This document shows, piece by piece, positions 49,601 through 63,584 of a stretch of 64,000 nt of DNA (positions within the stretch are counted from its first letter, which is position 1; every line of letters starts with the position of its first letter). The DNA is from Octopus vulgaris (Eukaryota): the NCBI GenBank assembly GCA_951406725.2, contig OX597823.1:48050001-48114000 (forward strand), written 5' to 3'. Under the pieces are notes generated by a model. It searched no databases and was not told where the DNA came from. It was given only the letters and a program-made list of their open reading frames with translations. The translations under genes and the position numbers were made by a program.

Positions 49601-51169
49601 CTTCCTATATAAAAATATTCCAACTTTAGTTTTTAGAAGTCTTTCAATCAACAGACAGTAAAAATCTGTTCTTGCTGGATTCCATCATTACTGAAGGCTA
49701 GAGTTTCTTTTTTATTTGTTCATTTTAAAAACTTTTTATACCTTGCATGTCAGTGAAAGCTGTCTCATTTCACAGGTGGTCAATTACATTCTGTCTGTCA
49801 TGTCATTGACCAGTAGAGAATATATGTATATTTTTAGTTCAATACACAGCTTTTATTACACATTTTATCACCTGTCTTCTAGTTTGACTGCCACTAGTTT
49901 CGGCTGAACTTATTTTGTTTGTAAGTAATCAACAACTAACATAACTGAAATGAAATTTGCTTCCTGAAGACTCAGAAGGACTAACTAAAGCTTAATTGTT
50001 AATTGCTTCACCATATAATAATTAACTTTCATTTATCAACATTTGTCCTTTTCCTAGCCATTGGCCATAATGTTGTTGTCACTCCTCTTATTGGGTTATC
50101 TTCATTTGGTTCCAGGCACGAGGATGATTAACGTTTCTACCAAATTCTTTTACTTTACTATCTTCCATGATTTTTCTATTATTATTAAAAATGGTTTTAT
50201 CCATTGTTATTTCATTCACTATTAAAGGGACTGCTTTAGAAATAGCTATTTTCTCGCCTGAAAGAAATCCAGTCTGCAACAAACGAGCTTTTCTTAATGT
50301 TATTTTTACTCTTGGTTTTGTTGTTTACTAGATTAAAAGTTGTAAATTATTTTCCTTGTTTTTGCATCATGTGAAAATATTCATATGTCTCTCTTTTCTA
50401 TTTCAAACACTATGGTTCATAACTTGATTTGACTAGTAAATTTTATATAATTGATATATAAAACCGAGATGCTTCATTTCTGTAACAATTTCTTGCATCT
50501 TTAGTTTGGTGATTAATGTTCAGTTTTCTATTTTTATTTGTGAGCTGTCACTTTGATTACTGAACATTGGTAACATTCTTCTAAAAGCAGAATATGCTCA
50601 GTAGGAAAAAAAATTAAATCACTGTGACATCTAAGTAATGTAAACTGGGACTATTTCTGCAAATCGTGCTTTTATCTATAATTACATACACACATACATA
50701 CATGCATACATATACAAACTCATAGATATATTTCCTTTAGAGAGATATAAAATTTATATTTCCTTTATAGAGATATAAAATTTATCAAGAAAATAATTTG
50801 AGTTGTTTGTAGTTATATAAGATTATTTCTTCTCGTTTTGTTTTTAATGTAATAGATTGTGGTAAAGAATGTGTTTTAAGTGTTGGAAAGCGGTTCTGTG
50901 TTACAATGAAATTAATTCATGTTTAACAAGTTAGTATTATCTTCGTCTCTAGCAAATGAAAATGCTTATACATCTGCTCCCTCAATCGAAATCTGGCTTG
51001 AGAGCTGTTAGACATGCTAGGTGTGTCACATGTCCAGTGTTAATGTAAAAGTCAAACCTTCCATAAATTTTAGAATTAACAATGATTTACACATTCCTGT
51101 GCGTATGTGTTATTAAAACGAAGCCAAAGGTGTTGGTAGTTGTAATTCATCCAGTTTTGAAAACAAAGC

Positions 51170-51850
51170 ACAGGACTGGCTGTGTGGTAAGAAGTTTGCT
51201 TCCCAACCAAATGGTTCAGGGTTCAGTCTCACTGCATGGCACCTTGGGCAAGTGTCTTCTACTAAAGCCTTGTGCTAACCAAAGCTTTGTAAGTGGATTT
51301 GGTAGATGGAAACTAAAAGAAGCCCATTGAATATATGCATGTGTATGTCTGTCTGACTCCTCTCCTTTCACATGCTTGACAACTGAAGTTGGTGTGTTTA
51401 TGTCCCCATAACTTAACAGTTCAGCAAAATAAACTGATAAAGCAACAAGCTTTACAAATATACACTCACACACACACACATATATATATATAATATAAAT
51501 AATATGTAAATATATGCATATAAACATACATTTATGTACATACCTACATATGTGTACATACCTTTGTATATATATATGTATATATATATACATGCATATA
51601 TGGGTACAAGACATGTTCTCATTTCTCATTCTGTCTCACTTTTTTGATGTCCTGTACCCATATATGCATATATTTATATATTATTTATATTATTATATGA
51701 TCGAATTCCACGCATCCTTTTCGAAGTAAATTTTGTCTTATATATATACACACACACACACACATATGAAGTACTGGGATTGACTTGAAATTCGTCAAGG
51801 CAGTACTCCAGCATGGCCGCAATCTAATGACTGAAACAAGTATAAGTTAA
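51170..51850 (+). mobile_element. SINE family A expanded by microsatellites
   Basis: Head 51170-51330; tail AAGGCAGTACTCCAGCATGGCCGC at ~51800. Confidence 0.75.
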
Positions 51851-53469
51851 AAGATAATAAAAATCAGTATTCAACAATTCTTGCTTTACAAAATGCATCT
51901 TCCATTACAACTTCCATGTTTGATGTCCAATTTTGAAATATTTTATCTATGGAGGTGATTGAATTCTTTAATTACAGTTTCAGACTATTTTGTTCATAAG
52001 TGAACTCTGTATGTCAAATTAACTGGCCGATGACATAATTACGGCATATGGAGATTCCTTTTCTTGTTTAAGTGCAGATCTTCTCTCTAAATATACCAGG
52101 TGTTAGAACAATGGGTTTTCCGCGAATCCATGTCTTGAACTTACTTGCTGTGTCAGTTTCATTTATTACACATATTTTCTAGTTATTTATAGTTTAAAAT
52201 TTACTTTAGATTCCAGTTGGGAAAAGTAAATATTAGTTTGTTTTGTCTTGTTTTGTTTGTTTTTTGTTTTAATGTAGACTCTGGCAAGAAGACCATATTA
52301 TGAAAGTGAGATCAGCATTTAATCAGTTGTGTTTCTAATGCTGACATTAACTGGGTAAAACCAATGGCTTTCACTCTACTTAGCTGTATCTCATTTCAGA
52401 TTCTCTTTTGATGTCCAAAATGTTTGATATGTACTCTCAATTTCTACTAGCTTTCCTTGTAGCCATAAAATATCTTTTTTGTCTTTTAATATTTATTCTG
52501 TCAGAGAAAAAAAAAAAACCAACAAAAATACAGGCTAAAAAAAAAAAAGACTCCCCCCCCCTCCCTCACTCCCGAACAATCTCTTTGATCCTTTTCAAAG
52601 TCCTACTATCTCAGCTTCCATTGCTCATCGTCTTGCATAATTTTCATCTTGCTTTGTTTCAGCAGTAATGGGTTCCATACTTTCTATTGTCCATGAAACA
52701 CAATATTTCTGCCAGATGTATCATATAGATTACTGCTACACAAACATAATCCATTTGTTTTGAAGTTTTCTAAATGTCTGACAGTCAATACAGGTTCTAC
52801 TTCATTTACTGTTGTTGCTTTTTGTCATTTTGTTGCTTAATTTCACTTCCCCATCACAACATATTGTATCCTACCAATTTCCAAGCGAGTACTGTTTATT
52901 TTATGCATGCATTGACAATAGATGTTAAAATCATCTCTATAATCTATATCATTATTTTCTCTAACTTACTAATAAAAATCATTGATAAAATGATTATTAT
53001 CTTTTAAAATTATTTTTATCAGTTTTTCTCCTTGTAGGATTGGTTCAAACAAGTCTAGCCATCCTCTTATGGCTGCGCTTGTTTGAAACTTGTTAGACTT
53101 GTTTTGACAGCTTGCCCAATAGAGACTATTTCTATTATAATGATGAAAACCATTTAATAGTAGTACAGACAGTGTTAATTGTTTAAAAATAATATATCTA
53201 TAGTTTGAATATTTTCAAAACATACGAATTATGTTGAGTTTGTGTTGCTGTTGAGCAATCTCATTCAGTTTGGTTTGATTAATTACTTCTTTGCTAAAGC
53301 TCTGTTCAAATTCATTGAAATGACTTTATCATATCCAGCCCACCAGACAGATAATGATTCACTCTTGTATATACGTTGTTACATTACATAATGTAATACA
53401 GTCAAGGTATTCAGGTTCAAGTACTCTCATCTTTCGTACTCCTTCTGGGGAGTATGATCCTCTATTTTC

Positions 53470-53692
53470 TTAGCCCTTTAGTATTTAAGCCAGCCATATC
53501 GAGCCCAAATATTCTACTTGTTTTATGCTCAAACTGGCCAGATTTGGTCTCTTATATCTACCCTGCAAGTCATTCTAATAGTATTCGATCACATCATCAA
53601 AATCTCAGAGCCATGAGGAAAAGTATACTTAATTCAAAATATTGTGAATAAACAAGTATTATATTTGACAATAATCTGAATGCTAATTAGTT
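53470..53692 (-). mobile_element. MITE family G
   Basis: Reverse complement of 36640-36868. Confidence 0.7.
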
Positions 53693-53940
53693 AGGGGAGG
53701 CAAAGATCAGTGCTGAAACGAGTGAAGAACTCCAAAGACAACTAGTTATTAATAAAAAGAATAATCTAGCGCTGTCATGGGCAGACTGTGGGTCACATAT
53801 GGCCCACTGGACTTACTGAATGGCATGCCTAATGAAAAATTACCTTGAATGTTTTTTAGTAGTGCAGCCACTTGATGTTGAGTTGCATCTCCTGCATCCT
53901 CATCTCAAAACATGTATCATATATATATATATATATACAT

Positions 53941-54032
53941 ATAAACAAGGGCAATAGAAAAATTATTTCAATGCCAATATGCTGAGAACAGCATATTCTC
54001 AGCGAAATAATCTTTCTATTGCCCTTGTTTAT
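53941..54032. repeat. Fold-back palindrome next to (TA)n
   Basis: ATAAACAAGGGCAATAGAAA...AATATGCTG-AGAA-CAGCATATT...TTTCTATTGCCCTTGTTTAT. Confidence 0.85.
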
Positions 54033-54143
54033 AATTTTAAACTTTATAGGTATTTTAATATGCTGCCAGGTTTGATGAAATTTTTTCTGAAAAAAATTTT
54101 TTATCCTGTAGTAGTAGTAGTAGTAGTGTATATATATATATAT

Positions 54144-54285
54144 AAGATTAATCAGCCGAAATTACTACGATGATCCGGTTCTTGACTGAAGACTGAGGGT
54201 TTCGAATGTCCTGTCCGTGTTTATTGTATCGTCTTCTAAAAGTTATACGTTCTTGTCCATGTTGTATTTTTCTACATACCTTAAT
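54144..54285 (+). mobile_element. Probable Penelope-like 3' terminal fragment in (TA)n
   Basis: Homologue of 9335-9450; flanked by TA runs on both sides. Confidence 0.45.
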
Positions 54286-54477
54286 ATATATATATATATA
54301 TTTTGTTTGTTTTCTCATGGTCATTAAAAGAAGGGGAGACAAATATGAAGTAATTTTCTTATGACATTATAATTGGTTGTTATTTATCTTCAGGGCAGCT
54401 TTGATTGAAGAGATGAATGATCAAGGGAATTTTAACCAAGACCACCTAGCTTTTTGGGGTTTTTTTAAAAAAATTTT

Positions 54478-54805
54478 CGTGTCCCACTGTGTGACACTTT
54501 GGGCAAGTATCTTCAACAGCTGCAGATCGACCAAAAGCTTATCAGTGGATTCAGTAGACAGAAATTGAAAGAAGCTCATCATATGTATGTGCGTGTCTGT
54601 TTGTTCACCACCACCACTATTTGGCAACCAGTGTTGGTGTATTTATGTCCTCATAACTTTGCATTTCACCAAAAGAAACCAATAAATTAAGTACCAATGC
54701 TTAAAAATAAATAAATACTGGGCTCGATATATTCGACTAAAAATTCTTCAAGGCAGTGCCCCAGCATGGCTGCAGTCTAATGATTGAAACAAGTAAAAGA
54801 TGAAA
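54478..54805 (+). mobile_element. SINE family A
   Basis: TTTGGGCAAGTATCTTC...TCAAGGCAGTGCCCCAGCATGGC. Confidence 0.75.
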
Positions 54806-57045
54806 GATATCTAGGACTACATTGTCCAATGTAGTTGAACAATATGGCCCTGAAAGGTTAGGATGTGATTTAAACAAGATGTAGCTGCTATATCTAATTG
54901 GTTGAGCAATGCACAGAAGCTCCCTTGTTGAAGTACTGATATTGTGTTTAGTATTACTAATCTGTACACTCTCAACCACTTCTTAGAATATTTCCTGAGA
55001 TCATCTATTTGTTATGACAACATTAATTTTCGTTGCACATTATGAAATGTGCCATAGGAAATATACAATAGTCATGTTACTTTGCAAGAATTTTAACATT
55101 TACACAACTTAAATTTTCTTTTTCTCATCTTTTTTTTCTTCTTTATAGCGAAAGTGTTGTTGAATAAAAAGATACCTAAATTGTTAAAAAAAAAAGATAT
55201 TACATTTACATCAGTTGTGTTTTGATAATAGCCTTCAGTACTTATAAAATGTCATTAACGAATTCATCGTCTCTTGCACTTCTCCACCTTTTCTGGCAGC
55301 AATTATGGTATCGCAGAGTTAAATTGGTGACTATGATTGTCATATTTTTAAAGATTTATCCAAATACAAAACTAGTTGATATAATATTGCTAAACCAAAG
55401 AATGGTACACAATCCTTGCCCAGATATTTTGATTTTTATCTTGTCTGATACAATTTATGTATCTGTGATATTTTAGACTGTAGATTGTGATATTTAAGAC
55501 TGATATTTAGAAGTGAAATATTTCAGAACATTTCTGTAGAAATAAATCATAATACACAATTTATCTCTATATATCACTATTGTATCCTCCACCTCTTACA
55601 GATTGCTTTGGGTAGTTTTCTTTTTTTTTAACAGCCTATTTAATCTTGTTTTGTTTTGTTTTTTAACTATATATTCTCAATCTGTTTAGTTTCTTTTGTG
55701 TATAGAAGTTGGATTGGTGTTGAAATGTACAGGATTATTCTCTCTTTTCTTTCCCCTGCCTCTCTCTCTCTCTCTCCCACGCACATACACCCTTACATAG
55801 AATTTTATTTTTGTTCAATGCATCTATGGGTTTATTGGTTTTTATTTGCAAATTTGGATATTTACAAAAAGCAAAACTTTTTTTACAGTTAGATGCTCTC
55901 CCCACTGTTGACTATTCAACCTTGTAGAAGTAAAACTAACTGTTAGTGACACAAGTGTTAGCAAATAATGTTCCTTACTTAGAGTACAACTGTAGTACAG
56001 TTCGAACTATTTTAAAGCAATGCCATATAATGGTACCTTCACATAGATATGGTTAAAGTTGATGTATGCTTTTTGTCAAATAGTCTATGAAACTACCGAT
56101 ACTTTTAAGCTGGTACCCTACACCTTAGAGCCATTTCACTTCCTGGGACCCCGAGCTTTTCGTCAGTATTTTGCTAGCCCTTATATTTGAATCCATTCAG
56201 GTCTGGAAGTAGAATCTGCTTTTACTAGTTTTCTTCTTCCTCACAAGACTAAAGAACATGGGATTGTTCACATGCTTTTGATGCAATACTTATAAATTAT
56301 ATGTTACTCAAAAATTACAATTACTGTGTTGTGAATATTTTATTTACAATTCTCCATAAAATTTAGACATCCCTCCTCCCCCTCTCTCTCTAAACCAAAA
56401 CAATGTAAGTTATAAGAAATACTATAACTTGATGATTTGTACATTCACTTTTGTAAAACTTTTATCTAGATTAGACAGTGCCTCATGTAAACTATATTTA
56501 TATGCGTATATATGTATATATAATAATAATAGTCCTGCTTTGTCCTTGAAAAATAACATAGTAAACTCTGATTGCTTAAGTATCATTTGCCATAGCACTT
56601 AATATTTTTTGCATCTGAGCCACTATTTTCTGAAGAACTTGTAATCGTGTTGAGCTCTAAAATCTGTCTAATTTCTAATGCTCCCCAGCTGTTTACTTAA
56701 AAAAAGTTATTCAGATCATGTCTTAGTGAGCATTTCTGTCTCACTGATATTTCCTTTATTATATTCTATAAACTGTTCCTCTAGTGGTCAGTGTTTCTAT
56801 GTCCTTGAAGATACTTAATCACAATGACAGTTTGATTTACCCTTAAAGACAGTGTAATAATTTGAAATATTTTACCTTTAAAAGAAACATAGAAAACTTG
56901 GTGCTTGTTATTTCCATGCACTGCCTTTGTTCAGTATCTTACAATCTGTTTTCTTTTTTATCATGAAATAACAAATCTATTTTATTCTTTACTCAGCTTA
57001 TACCATTTTATCTCAGCTATTTTTTGTACTTCATTATCTAAGCAG

Positions 57046-58045
57046 TTAACCCTTTAGCATTCAGATTACTCTGTCAAGTGTAATGCTTTATTTATTTGCA
57101 TTTTTGTTTTTGAAGCCTAATCTATTATCATGTAGTTTTGGGATTTCAAAGATGTGATTGTCTGTTTTTAAAATGACATCATAGTTTAGGTGTGAGAGGC
57201 TGGATCTGGCTAGCTTGCACAAAAAATAGTAAAATACAATCATGGTCAAAAGTTTGGAACATAGGTCTGAAAATTAGAATTTATATATTAAATGCCCAAA
57301 GTTATATTTAGTCGGAGCATATATTTAATTTTAAAAAATATATTTAATCTTTTAAGAAATGATCCCAACTTTTATGGCCATGACTGTATATAGGCTGGAT
57401 ATGAGTGGTTAACCCTTTTTGATACCAACCTGCCTAAAACCACCTTGGTGCTTTGATACAAAATTTATGATTTGAAGTGATTTAAATTAAAAACTTGCAT
57501 CAGAGTGTTGAGTTATGTTCCAAACATGCTTAATAATGGACCAAGATATTTTTATAAATTCCTTGTTATTTTAAAACTTTAACCAAAACAAAGGCAGTGT
57601 ATTTCGATAGATGTAGAGGCACAGTGGCCCAGTGGTTAGGACAGAAGACTCACGGTCATAGGATCACAGTTTCAATTCCCAGACCGGGCATTGTGAGTGT
57701 TTATTGAGTGATAACATTTAAAGCTCCACGAGGCTTCTGTAGGGGCTGGTGGCGAACCCTGCTGTACCCTTTCACCACAACTTTCTCTCAATCTTTCTTC
57801 CTGTTTCTGTTGTACCTGTATTTCAAAGAGCCAGCTTTGTCACACTCTGCGTGATGCTGAATCTCCCCGAGAACTACATTAAAAGTACATGTGTCTGTGG
57901 AGTGCTCAGCCACTTGCATGTTAATTTCATGAGCCGGCTATTCTGTTGATTGGATCAACTGGAACTCTCATTATCATAACCATCGGATTGCCGTAGTATT
58001 TCTATAGAAATATGGTAAGAAAAAAATTAAAGGTTAAAGAGTTAA
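57046..58045 (+). mobile_element. Nested stack: MITE G containing a Tc1 MITE (57237-57386) and MITE H (57409-~58037)
   Basis: TTAACCCTTTAGCATTC start; TA-CAATCATGGTCAAAAGTT...AACTTTTATGGCCATGACTG-TA; TTAACCCTTTTTGATACC. Confidence 0.75.
57612..57995 (+). mobile_element. SINE with family C head and family B tail, 13-bp TSD
   Basis: Head as in 8988-9298; 3' part TGTACCTGTATTTCAAAG...TGCTCAGCCACTTGC as in 4535-4712; TSD GTATTTC(G/T)ATAGA at 57599-57611 and 57996-58008. Confidence 0.85.
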
Positions 58046-58069
58046 TCAAAGAGTAATATGAATGTTGTG

Positions 58070-58715
58070 TGTAGCACCCATTACACTCTTGGAGTGGTTG
58101 GCATTAGGAAGGGCATCCAGCCATAGAAAGTATGCCAAATCAGGTTAGATTGTAGTACAGCTTACCATCCCTGGTCAAATTGTCCAACCCATGCCAGCAT
58201 GGACAACGGATATTAAATAATGATGATTGATGGTTAAATAGCCAGTGATGGGGTATTTTTAATGAAACACAGATTAATTAAAGGTGTTATTTACTGTACT
58301 TGTACTGAAATGAGGCAATGAGAGAATCTTTTACTTCTTTTGTTTTAGTTGTTAGACTATGGTCATGCTAGGGTGTTGCCAATGTCAAATAAATTGTGTC
58401 CAGTACTTTATTTTTTTTTTTAAGCCTGGTACTTATTCTATGGGTCTCTTTTGCTGAACAGCTAAGTTGTGAGACATAGACATACCAGCACCAGTTGTCA
58501 AGTGGTGTGGTGGTGAGGTGTGCAAGCATTGACACACACACACACATGCACACACATATATTCGACAGGTTTCTTTCAGTTTCTGTGTACCGAATCCACT
58601 CACAAGGCTTTGGTCGGCCTGAGGCTATAGTAGAACAAACCTGCCCATGGTGCCGCATAGAGGGACTGAACCTGGAACCATGTGGTTGGGATGCAGACTT
58701 CTGACCACACAGCTA
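58070..58715. mobile_element. RTE tail (+, 58070-58230) and SINE A (-, ~58328-58715)
   Basis: Family motifs as above. Confidence 0.75.
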
Positions 58716-60370
58716 CAAACATTTAAAAAAAGAACCAAAACAAAATATACATGTGCATCAGTATCTGTATGTGTTTCTACAGACACACACTGATTCATGT
58801 TGTTGCATGGTATGAAGGTGATTGCAAATGACTACAACAGTGCTAGAATAGACCCAGCCACCTGTGCAAGCATGATGAAATAGGCATTCAAATAAGAATA
58901 ATGATAATAATTGGGATATATAATATGTATTTTCACCTAAACCTATTGCCCATTTTGCACTTGCTAATCTTCTACTTGCTACCCTTATCTATTTGATATA
59001 CCATCTCATCTCTCCTGCCAGCCATGTAAGAATTGAAAATATTTAGATATTTCCTAAATATTAATTGCTAGCAAGGGCACGGTATTTCGCTTTGCTTCCA
59101 TAGAATGTTATCAAGTATATTAAAGCCTTACTTTTGTGTTAGCAGTGCAATGTTCTTACTTTTAAGTTTATTTCTACAGATTTTTTATAGAATTCAGAGC
59201 TAGCACCGAATGTGCAAATATGTTTATGTAAACAATACGATGAAAGACAGAAAAAAAAAAAAGGTGATTGGTGTATATGCATAGCTCGAGAGTTATTGCT
59301 CTTTCATCAGCACCCATATCCAACCCACATTGTAACTTTCAGAAGAGATAAATTTATGAATTAGATATTTCCATACTCAATCTCACCATTATCATTTTTT
59401 ATCTCTGTACCTCCATCTACCATTATGATACCTGAGTAACAAGGGGTTTCATAGAATCTGCTGCGATCTTATACACCTTGCATTTACCTTCTTTTACTGC
59501 TAGCCACCACGCCTTCTCCCTCGGATCTCTCTATTACCATTTATCATTCTCTTGTCACTCTCCTTCTTTCTCTTACCAATTAACATCACCCTTCTAGGCT
59601 GCCTGTCACCATTTCCCCTCTCACTTGTGCCTCTTTATTGACATCTTGTCATCCACCCATTTCCACAACTATATATGTGTATATCTCTCTGTCTGTCTGT
59701 CTGTCTCTGTCTCTCTGTCATAAACAAGTAGCAACCATAGTATATCTCTCCCATTAATTACCTTTTGCCATTACTGTTTCTCTTCTATTACACCTTGCTC
59801 TTTTTCTTCCATTTCTCAGTCCCTTCCACACTGTCACCCCATTTATCTTGTTTCCTTACCATACTCTGGCTTCTTTCTCTCTGTCACCCTATTATTCTGT
59901 AATCTCCTTCTCATGTACCGATTTTATGGTCACATTGCCTTCAATGAATGGAGACAATTTAGAGTAGTAAGAGTTTTTTGTTTCACATTTGGGTTGCTTT
60001 TTTTTTTTTCGGTATTGAGCAAGGCAACCTCACTAATGCTGGTGTCACTATAAAATGCACCCTGTAAGCTCTGTAGGGTGTCAGTGAACAAGCAGAAGTG
60101 TTGGGGCAAGAGGGCCCTCTTATTTTTTTTTGTTTTTTGTCCTGTTGAAGACATGAAAATTCTGGATGCCAATAAAATGTACCCAGCACTCTCAGTAAAG
60201 TGATTGGAGTTAGGGGCAGCATTTAGCTGCAGACTCTATTATATCAAAAACAGAATGTAGATGTCTCTCAGCCTGTCTCAGGGGTCAGTTACTCTGATTT
60301 AATACTAACTGAAATAAATGACCTATCCAACTCATGCCAGCATAGAAAATGTACGTAAAATACCAATGGT

Positions 60371-60371
60371 G

Positions 60372-60407
<36 letters not shown>

Positions 60408-60546
60408 GTATATATGTATATATGTATATATATATATGTATGTATGTATATATATATATGTATGTATATATATATATGTATGTATGTATATATATATATA
60501 TGTATGTATGTATGTATGTATGAATGTATACACATACACACATATA
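60371..60546. repeat. (TA)/(TATG)n microsatellite
   Basis: Directly visible. Confidence 0.95.
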
Positions 60547-61384
60547 TTAATTGACCTACAAATGTAATTGCACTTTAAAAACATGAAATGAAACCCCATT
60601 TGTGCAGAAAAATTGACCTTTCTGAACTAATGATGCTGTTTTATTTGTATTGTATATATATATATATGTATATGTATGTATATATATGTATATATATTCT
60701 TGTATTATTAATTTGGTATTTAATCTCTGCTGTATTCTATTTCCTCTCACTTCTTCACAAATGCTGGCTTGCAGATAAACAATGTGACCTACTTTTCTAA
60801 TGTCTATCAATCCTGATGTCATCCAGCAGAATTGATTCTTTTTCTTTTTCTTTGTTTTTTTTTTCTCACCCCCCCCTTCCCCATTTCTTCCTTGTCCACT
60901 CCTTTCTCTTGCTTTCTCCATCTCTTTTTGCTTTCTAACCCTGCATTTTCCATGCTTCTTCAAGCAGAGTATATCCTAGATTGTCTTACAAATTTATTAC
61001 TGCTAATATTCATTTGAGCATTGCAGCTTTCATTGCTTCTTCAGAGATTTCTTTTGTTTTGTCTTTAATTTTTTTTTCTCTCTTGGTTGTTGTGAATCCG
61101 CATTAGGTTATTACTTATTTATTTTTGTTTTGCTCATCATTTCTTAATAGCCCGTGGTATTTGGAGTTCAGTTATTTTTTTTTTTTTTCATTTTACAGTG
61201 CAAGGTAATTAATTCTTGAGAAATAATTTTACAATACTTCTAGCTCATATTTGTTAGAAGACATTCATTAGTCTGCATTATCAAATACTCTTGTTATTAT
61301 ATTCTGTATTTTTCATTTTATTTTAATGTCTAGCCACCTTTGTCGATCTGGTCATGTCCATAATGCCTATTAAAATTTTTGTTT

Positions 61385-61770
61385 AGGCGTGGCTGTTTGG
61401 TAAGAAGCTTATTTCCCAACTGTATGGTTCTGGGATCAGTCCCACTGCATGGCGCCTTGGGCAAGTATCTTCTACTATAGCTTCGAGCCATCCAAAGCCT
61501 TGAGTGGATTTGGTAGACATAAACTGAAAGAAGCCCGTCATATATGTGTGTGTATTTATGTGAGTGTGTCTTTGTGTCTGTGTTTGTCCCCCACCATTGC
61601 TTTGTAACTGATGTTGGTGTGTTTACGTCCCTGTAACTTAGCAGTTTGGCAAAAGAGACTGCTAGAATAAGTACGAGGTTTACAAAGAATAAATTCTGGG
61701 TCAATTTCTTCGAATAAAAATCTCTTTAAGGTAGTGCCACAGTCAAATGAATGAAACAAGTAAAAGACTA
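61385..61770 (+). mobile_element. SINE family A
   Basis: AGGCGTGGCTGTTTGGTAAGAAG...GCCTTGGGCAAG...complete tail. Confidence 0.85.
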
Positions 61771-61779
61771 TCTTCATAA

Positions 61780-62010
61780 ACAATATAGGTTCCAAATTTT
61801 GGTACAAGACCAGTAACTGCAGGGGAGGGGGTAAATCAATTACATCCCCCCCCCCCCCCCAGCTCTCTATTGGTACTTAATTTATTGAATCCAAAAGGAT
61901 GAAAGGCTAAGTTGACTTTGACAGAGTTTGAACTGAGAACAGAGATAGACAAAATGCCGCAAAGCATTTTTCCCCGGCATGCTAACAATACTGCCAGTTC
62001 ACTGCCTTAC
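61780..62010 (-). mobile_element. SINE family D
   Basis: GGTACTTAATTTATTG...GGATGAAAGGCTAAGTTGAC...TGCCAGTTCACTGCCTT. Confidence 0.75.
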
Positions 62011-63059
62011 AGACTGTTACCATTTATGTCTCAGTTTTAGAACTGATATGCTATAGCCCAGCATGCTGTAGAAGGTGACTAGGCAGTTGATTACAAGAAC
62101 GGCATCTGGCTCTAAAACATTGCCTCAGAAAAATTTTCCATTCCATACCAGCATTGCAGGCTACTGCTCCTGCCGCCGATGATGATGATGATGATGGTGT
62201 ATCTTACCTATTTAGTATGTGCGTTATAAACTGTGTGTTAGTAGGAAGTAGGCATATATGTGTTAGTAGGATGTAGTTAGCATCGAGAGGAAACGGTCCA
62301 AAATATATTTTATGCAGTGCAGCAGCAGATACCGTGCTATTTGATTCACTGTGAAGTGGTAGATATTCAACTGAAAGCTCTTTATGTAAATATATGTTTC
62401 AAAATTTACAGCTGTAGCTGACCTATGTCATAATATATGTAACCAAAATGGTAGTTTCCAACTGAATATATTCATTATAAAGCCAATTGTCTTATTTATT
62501 TGATACTTGCCAGCATTGATTACAAATATTCTTTTCATGTCAGTAAACTAAATAGCAATCTGAATATTTGCATGAATAATGTGAGCTAATATTCTCTGAT
62601 TCGCTGCTATTCCTAATGCTAACCACTGTGCTGTCTAGTAGTTTTTGGTACCTGTTACTCAGCTAGCTAGATCGAGGAATGTTGGGAACTGTGCCACTGC
62701 ACAATGCAGTTTGTGTTCTTTGGATAGGCATGCTTCAAATAATCGGCATTTGTGTGTCTGTTTATTATATGTATGTGCATATTTTGTTACATACTCATAC
62801 ATATATATATAACACATACACACACATGTGTGTATGTGTACTCAATTCGGTCACACAGAGGTTTCTTCCCTTGTCAGCATATGTATATACATTTGCGCTC
62901 TTCCTACAGCACAAGGAGTATTTTACTCTTATTTCTAGCAATTTAGGTGTCTCAGTACTCTTAGTCACATTTAGTGATGATTGAATTCTTCTTTATGGAA
63001 TTATATTGAACCCAGCTGTTTATATTAATTTGATACACACACTCACTAACTCACTCACT

Positions 63060-63437
63060 CTTTTACTTATTTCAGTCATTTGACTGTGACCATGCTGGAG
63101 TACCATCTCAAAGGGTTTTCATTTGAATGAATCGACCCTGGGACTTATTTTTTAAGCCTAGTTCTTATTCTATCAGTCTCTTTTGCCAACCCACTACGTT
63201 ACAGGGGTGTAAACACATCAACGCCAGTTGTCAAGCGGTGACATGGGAACAAAGACACATACACATATACATATACATACATACGCGACAGGCTTCTTTC
63301 AATTAGAGTCTTCCAAATCCACTCAAAGCTTTGGTCAACCCGAGGCTATAGTAGAAGACACTTGCCCAAGGTCCCTTGCAATAGGATTGAACTTGGAACC
63401 ATGTGGTTGGAAAACTAGCTTCCTACACAACCACACC
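63060..63437 (-). mobile_element. SINE family A
   Basis: Reverse complement of the family A consensus. Confidence 0.85.
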
Positions 63438-63584
63438 TACATATATATATATATATATATATATATAAATGTCTTGAGTTCTAAATACACATACATATGT
63501 GTGTATGTATATGTCTTTTTTTGATATACACAAATCAATCCACTATTTATTCTCTTACTTTATTCTACAATGATAATAACAATA

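Noticed and set aside
50088-50330. Possible Helitron helicase fragment
   Set aside because: Only vague resemblance; no diagnostic motif such as FAMTINKSQG
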